The notes below the pieces were generated by a model that had not been told where the DNA came from, searched no databases, and saw only the letters and a list, made by a program, of their open reading frames with translations. A stretch of DNA of 64,000 bases from Coriobacteriales bacterium (GTDB taxonomy: Bacteria > Actinomycetota > Coriobacteriia > Coriobacteriales > QAMH01): assembly GCA_050943615.1 (NCBI GenBank), contig JBMNPN010000002.1:224-64223 (forward strand). Reading direction: 5' to 3'. Below, piece by piece: positions 61,984-64,000 of this stretch. The position numbers were made by a program, and so were the translations under genes. The first letter of the stretch is position 1, and each line of letters opens with the position of its first letter.

Positions 61984-64000
61984 ATGAGTAAGTTCAAGAA
62001 ACACCATTTTGGCCGCAAAGCGGTATCCGTTGCGACTGCGGGCGCTTTCGTCTTCATGATGGCAGCCCCGTTTGGCGTGGTCCAGCCTGCAGAAGCTGAG
62101 AGCATGAGCGCGGACGGGTACGTGACCGCCGCTGCTTCGCGTGCTGCGCAGACCGCCCCCGAGATTCTCGGCCTGACGGGCGTGGAGGAGACGAGCAGCA
62201 GCACGGGCGCTGCCGGTTGGGGCAACCAAGACTGGAGTGCGCCGAAGTACTATATCTTTGGTGACACGACCTACAACACGGCGGCCAATCCCTATATGGT
62301 GAACGCGGTTTCCGTACAGCAGGGAACCGATAGTGACGCCTCGCCGACCATTGTCCTGAATACGGCACGCAATAGTGGCGGCAAAGGCCCGATGGCGGCG
62401 CTGGCAACCTATGGCACCGATGATACCGATGACGATGTATGGGGCGCGAAACCCGATGTGGTCATTGGCGTAAGCACGGGCAGCGGTACCGCTGACTATG
62501 ACTCGGCGGACTACATTGGCAGCGACCTGTATAACTCTGGCTATCATCCCAAGGGCGTCGCGTACTACAGCGGTGAGAACTCCAATATCATCAAGGAAAT
62601 GTACGCAATCGCCGAAGCGGCTGACCAGGTTGTCGCAGACAGCAACGGAACCAAGAAGCTCCGCTATGGCAGCGCGACCGAGATTGCCACGAACTATGAG
62701 AAGTACGTCCGTGGCACGCAGGGCCTGATCATGCGCGCCATCAACACCAACAAGGTCGAGAAGAAGACCATCGCGCTTGTGAATGCCTACAATTCCGATG
62801 CGGGCACCTACACGCTGACGAAGCCCGGCGACACCCTGAGCGGTGCTGCGGCAGGCACCTCGACGGTCGACCACTACCTGGACATGGTCAACGTCGTCAC
62901 GAACAACCTCGCGACCAAGCTGAACAAGACCACGGTCACCGCAGACGAGCTTTCGCAGGCTGATATCATCCTCGTCGGCGGCAACAGCGTCGACTCCTCT
63001 GAGGTCGCCAGCCACATCCCCTCGACCCTGCTTTCCAAGACCTACTACACCACGGACTACAACGCCGGTGCAATCTACGATGTTATGCACAACGCGGTTG
63101 ACAACGTCCAGAACGCGGGCCGTCTGCTCGGCTTTGTCTATCCCGAGGTCGTCGACCAAGATGACTGGATCTGCTACTACTACAGCAAGTTCTACCATGT
63201 GAAGACGGACAAGCTTGCCGAGGTCATCGACAAGGCTATGGACGGCGTGCGCAACTACGATGCAACGGATGCTGCGAACTACCTGCAGTGGGACGAGTCC
63301 GATGCGAGCACGTATAACGAGAGCTCGGTTCAGAGCAAGCTCGATGAGGGCGTTGCCTATTACGCTACCCAGACCACGAGCGATGCGGATGCTCTGACGA
63401 GCAATATCACGAGCGGATCGGACCTTGCCGAAGGCGTCAACGAGATGCTCGCCGAGCTTGCTGCCATGACCAACCCCACCCAGGCAGATATCGATGCGGT
63501 GAAGGCTGCGTACAAAAAGCTCACCGACGCCCAGAAGGCGCTCGTCACCAATTACGACTCGATCATTGTTGCTGCCCAGGCCAAGGTGGATGCTGCTAAT
63601 TCCAGCACTACCACTACTACCACGGGTGCAAAGAAGGGCACGACCAAGAAGATCTCTGCCGGTACCGTCAAGGTGACGAGCAACGGCACGGGCTCCAAGG
63701 CGACTGTCGCCTTCACCAAGGCGAAGAACAAGAAGTCCATCACCGTGCCTGCGACCGTCAAGATCAACGGCAAGACCTATCAGGTGACCTCCATCAGCAA
63801 GAACGCGTTCAAGTCTGCCAAGAAGGTGCGCACGGTCACCGTTGGCAAGAACGTCAAGAAGATCGCCGCGAAGGCCTTCAATGGCTCCAAGGTCAACAAG
63901 GTCATTCTCAAGACCAAGAAGCTCACCAAGAAGTCCGTCAAGGGCTCGCTGAAGGGCTCCAAGGTCAAGACCGTCAAGGTCAACGTCGGCAAGACCAAGG
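61984..64000 (+). CDS. secreted protein: SBP-like N-terminal region plus BspA-type LRR and Lys-rich tail (truncated by window end; absent from the ORF track)
   Basis: Frame read from ATG 61984 (GGAAGG RBS): MSKFKKHHFGRKAVSVATAGAFVFMMAAPFG... to ...VTSISKNAFKSAKK...KKLTKKSVKGSLKGSKVKTVKV with no stop seen; the reverse-strand shadow ORFs in the track mirror it. Confidence 0.85.
   Translation, partial: MSKFKKHHFGRKAVSVATAGAFVFMMAAPFGVVQPAEAESMSADGYVTAAASRAAQTAPEILGLTGVEETSSSTGAAGWGNQDWSAPKYYIFGDTTYNTAANPYMVNAVSVQQGTDSDASPTIVLNTARNSGGKGPMAALATYGTDDTDDDVWGAKPDVVIGVSTGSGTADYDSADYIGSDLYNSGYHPKGVAYYSGENSNIIKEMYAIAEAADQVVADSNGTKKLRYGSATEIATNYEKYVRGTQGLIMRAINTNKVEKKTIALVNAYNSDAGTYTLTKPGDTLSGAAAGTSTVDHYLDMVNVVTNNLATKLNKTTVTADELSQADIILVGGNSVDSSEVASHIPSTLLSKTYYTTDYNAGAIYDVMHNAVDNVQNAGRLLGFVYPEVVDQDDWICYYYSKFYHVKTDKLAEVIDKAMDGVRNYDATDAANYLQWDESDASTYNESSVQSKLDEGVAYYATQTTSDADALTSNITSGSDLAEGVNEMLAELAAMTNPTQADIDAVKAAYKKLTDAQKALVTNYDSIIVAAQAKVDAANSSTTTTTTGAKKGTTKKISAGTVKVTSNGTGSKATVAFTKAKNKKSITVPATVKINGKTYQVTSISKNAFKSAKKVRTVTVGKNVKKIAAKAFNGSKVNKVILKTKKLTKKSVKGSLKGSKVKTVKVNVGKTK

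Overview
High-GC window from a Coriobacteriia bacterium. The gene content (transmembrane LuxR regulator, cytoplasmic molybdopterin oxidoreductase) suggests Eggerthellaceae. It starts with a complete 16S-23S-5S rrn operon with no spacer tRNA. Housekeeping genes are a NifU-like gene, pta, a GT2, prfA-prmC, hsp20, cydAB and leuS. There is also a PucR-adjacent Mo-enzyme locus. Two paralogous accessory cassettes (about 6.4-24.6 kb and 48.9->64 kb) each combine FecCD-type ABC permeases and ATPase, a MoxR-DUF58-DUF4129 triad, long-linker solute-binding lipoproteins and giant surface proteins. Cassette 1 carries three copies of a 19-bp palindrome (ATCACC-N7-GGTGAT) abutting predicted -35 elements, next to a divergent TM-LuxR gene. 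The most unusual signal is two families of fixed-length intergenic palindromic modules. Family A has 17 copies, each 62 bp by hand count; family B has 5 copies, each 76 bp. Each family sits around a different AbiEi-like/DUF559(Vsr)-like putative nuclease gene, which resembles an uncharacterised RAYT/REPIN-like nuclease-plus-repeat system. All domain calls come from recognising motifs by eye; no database searches were run.
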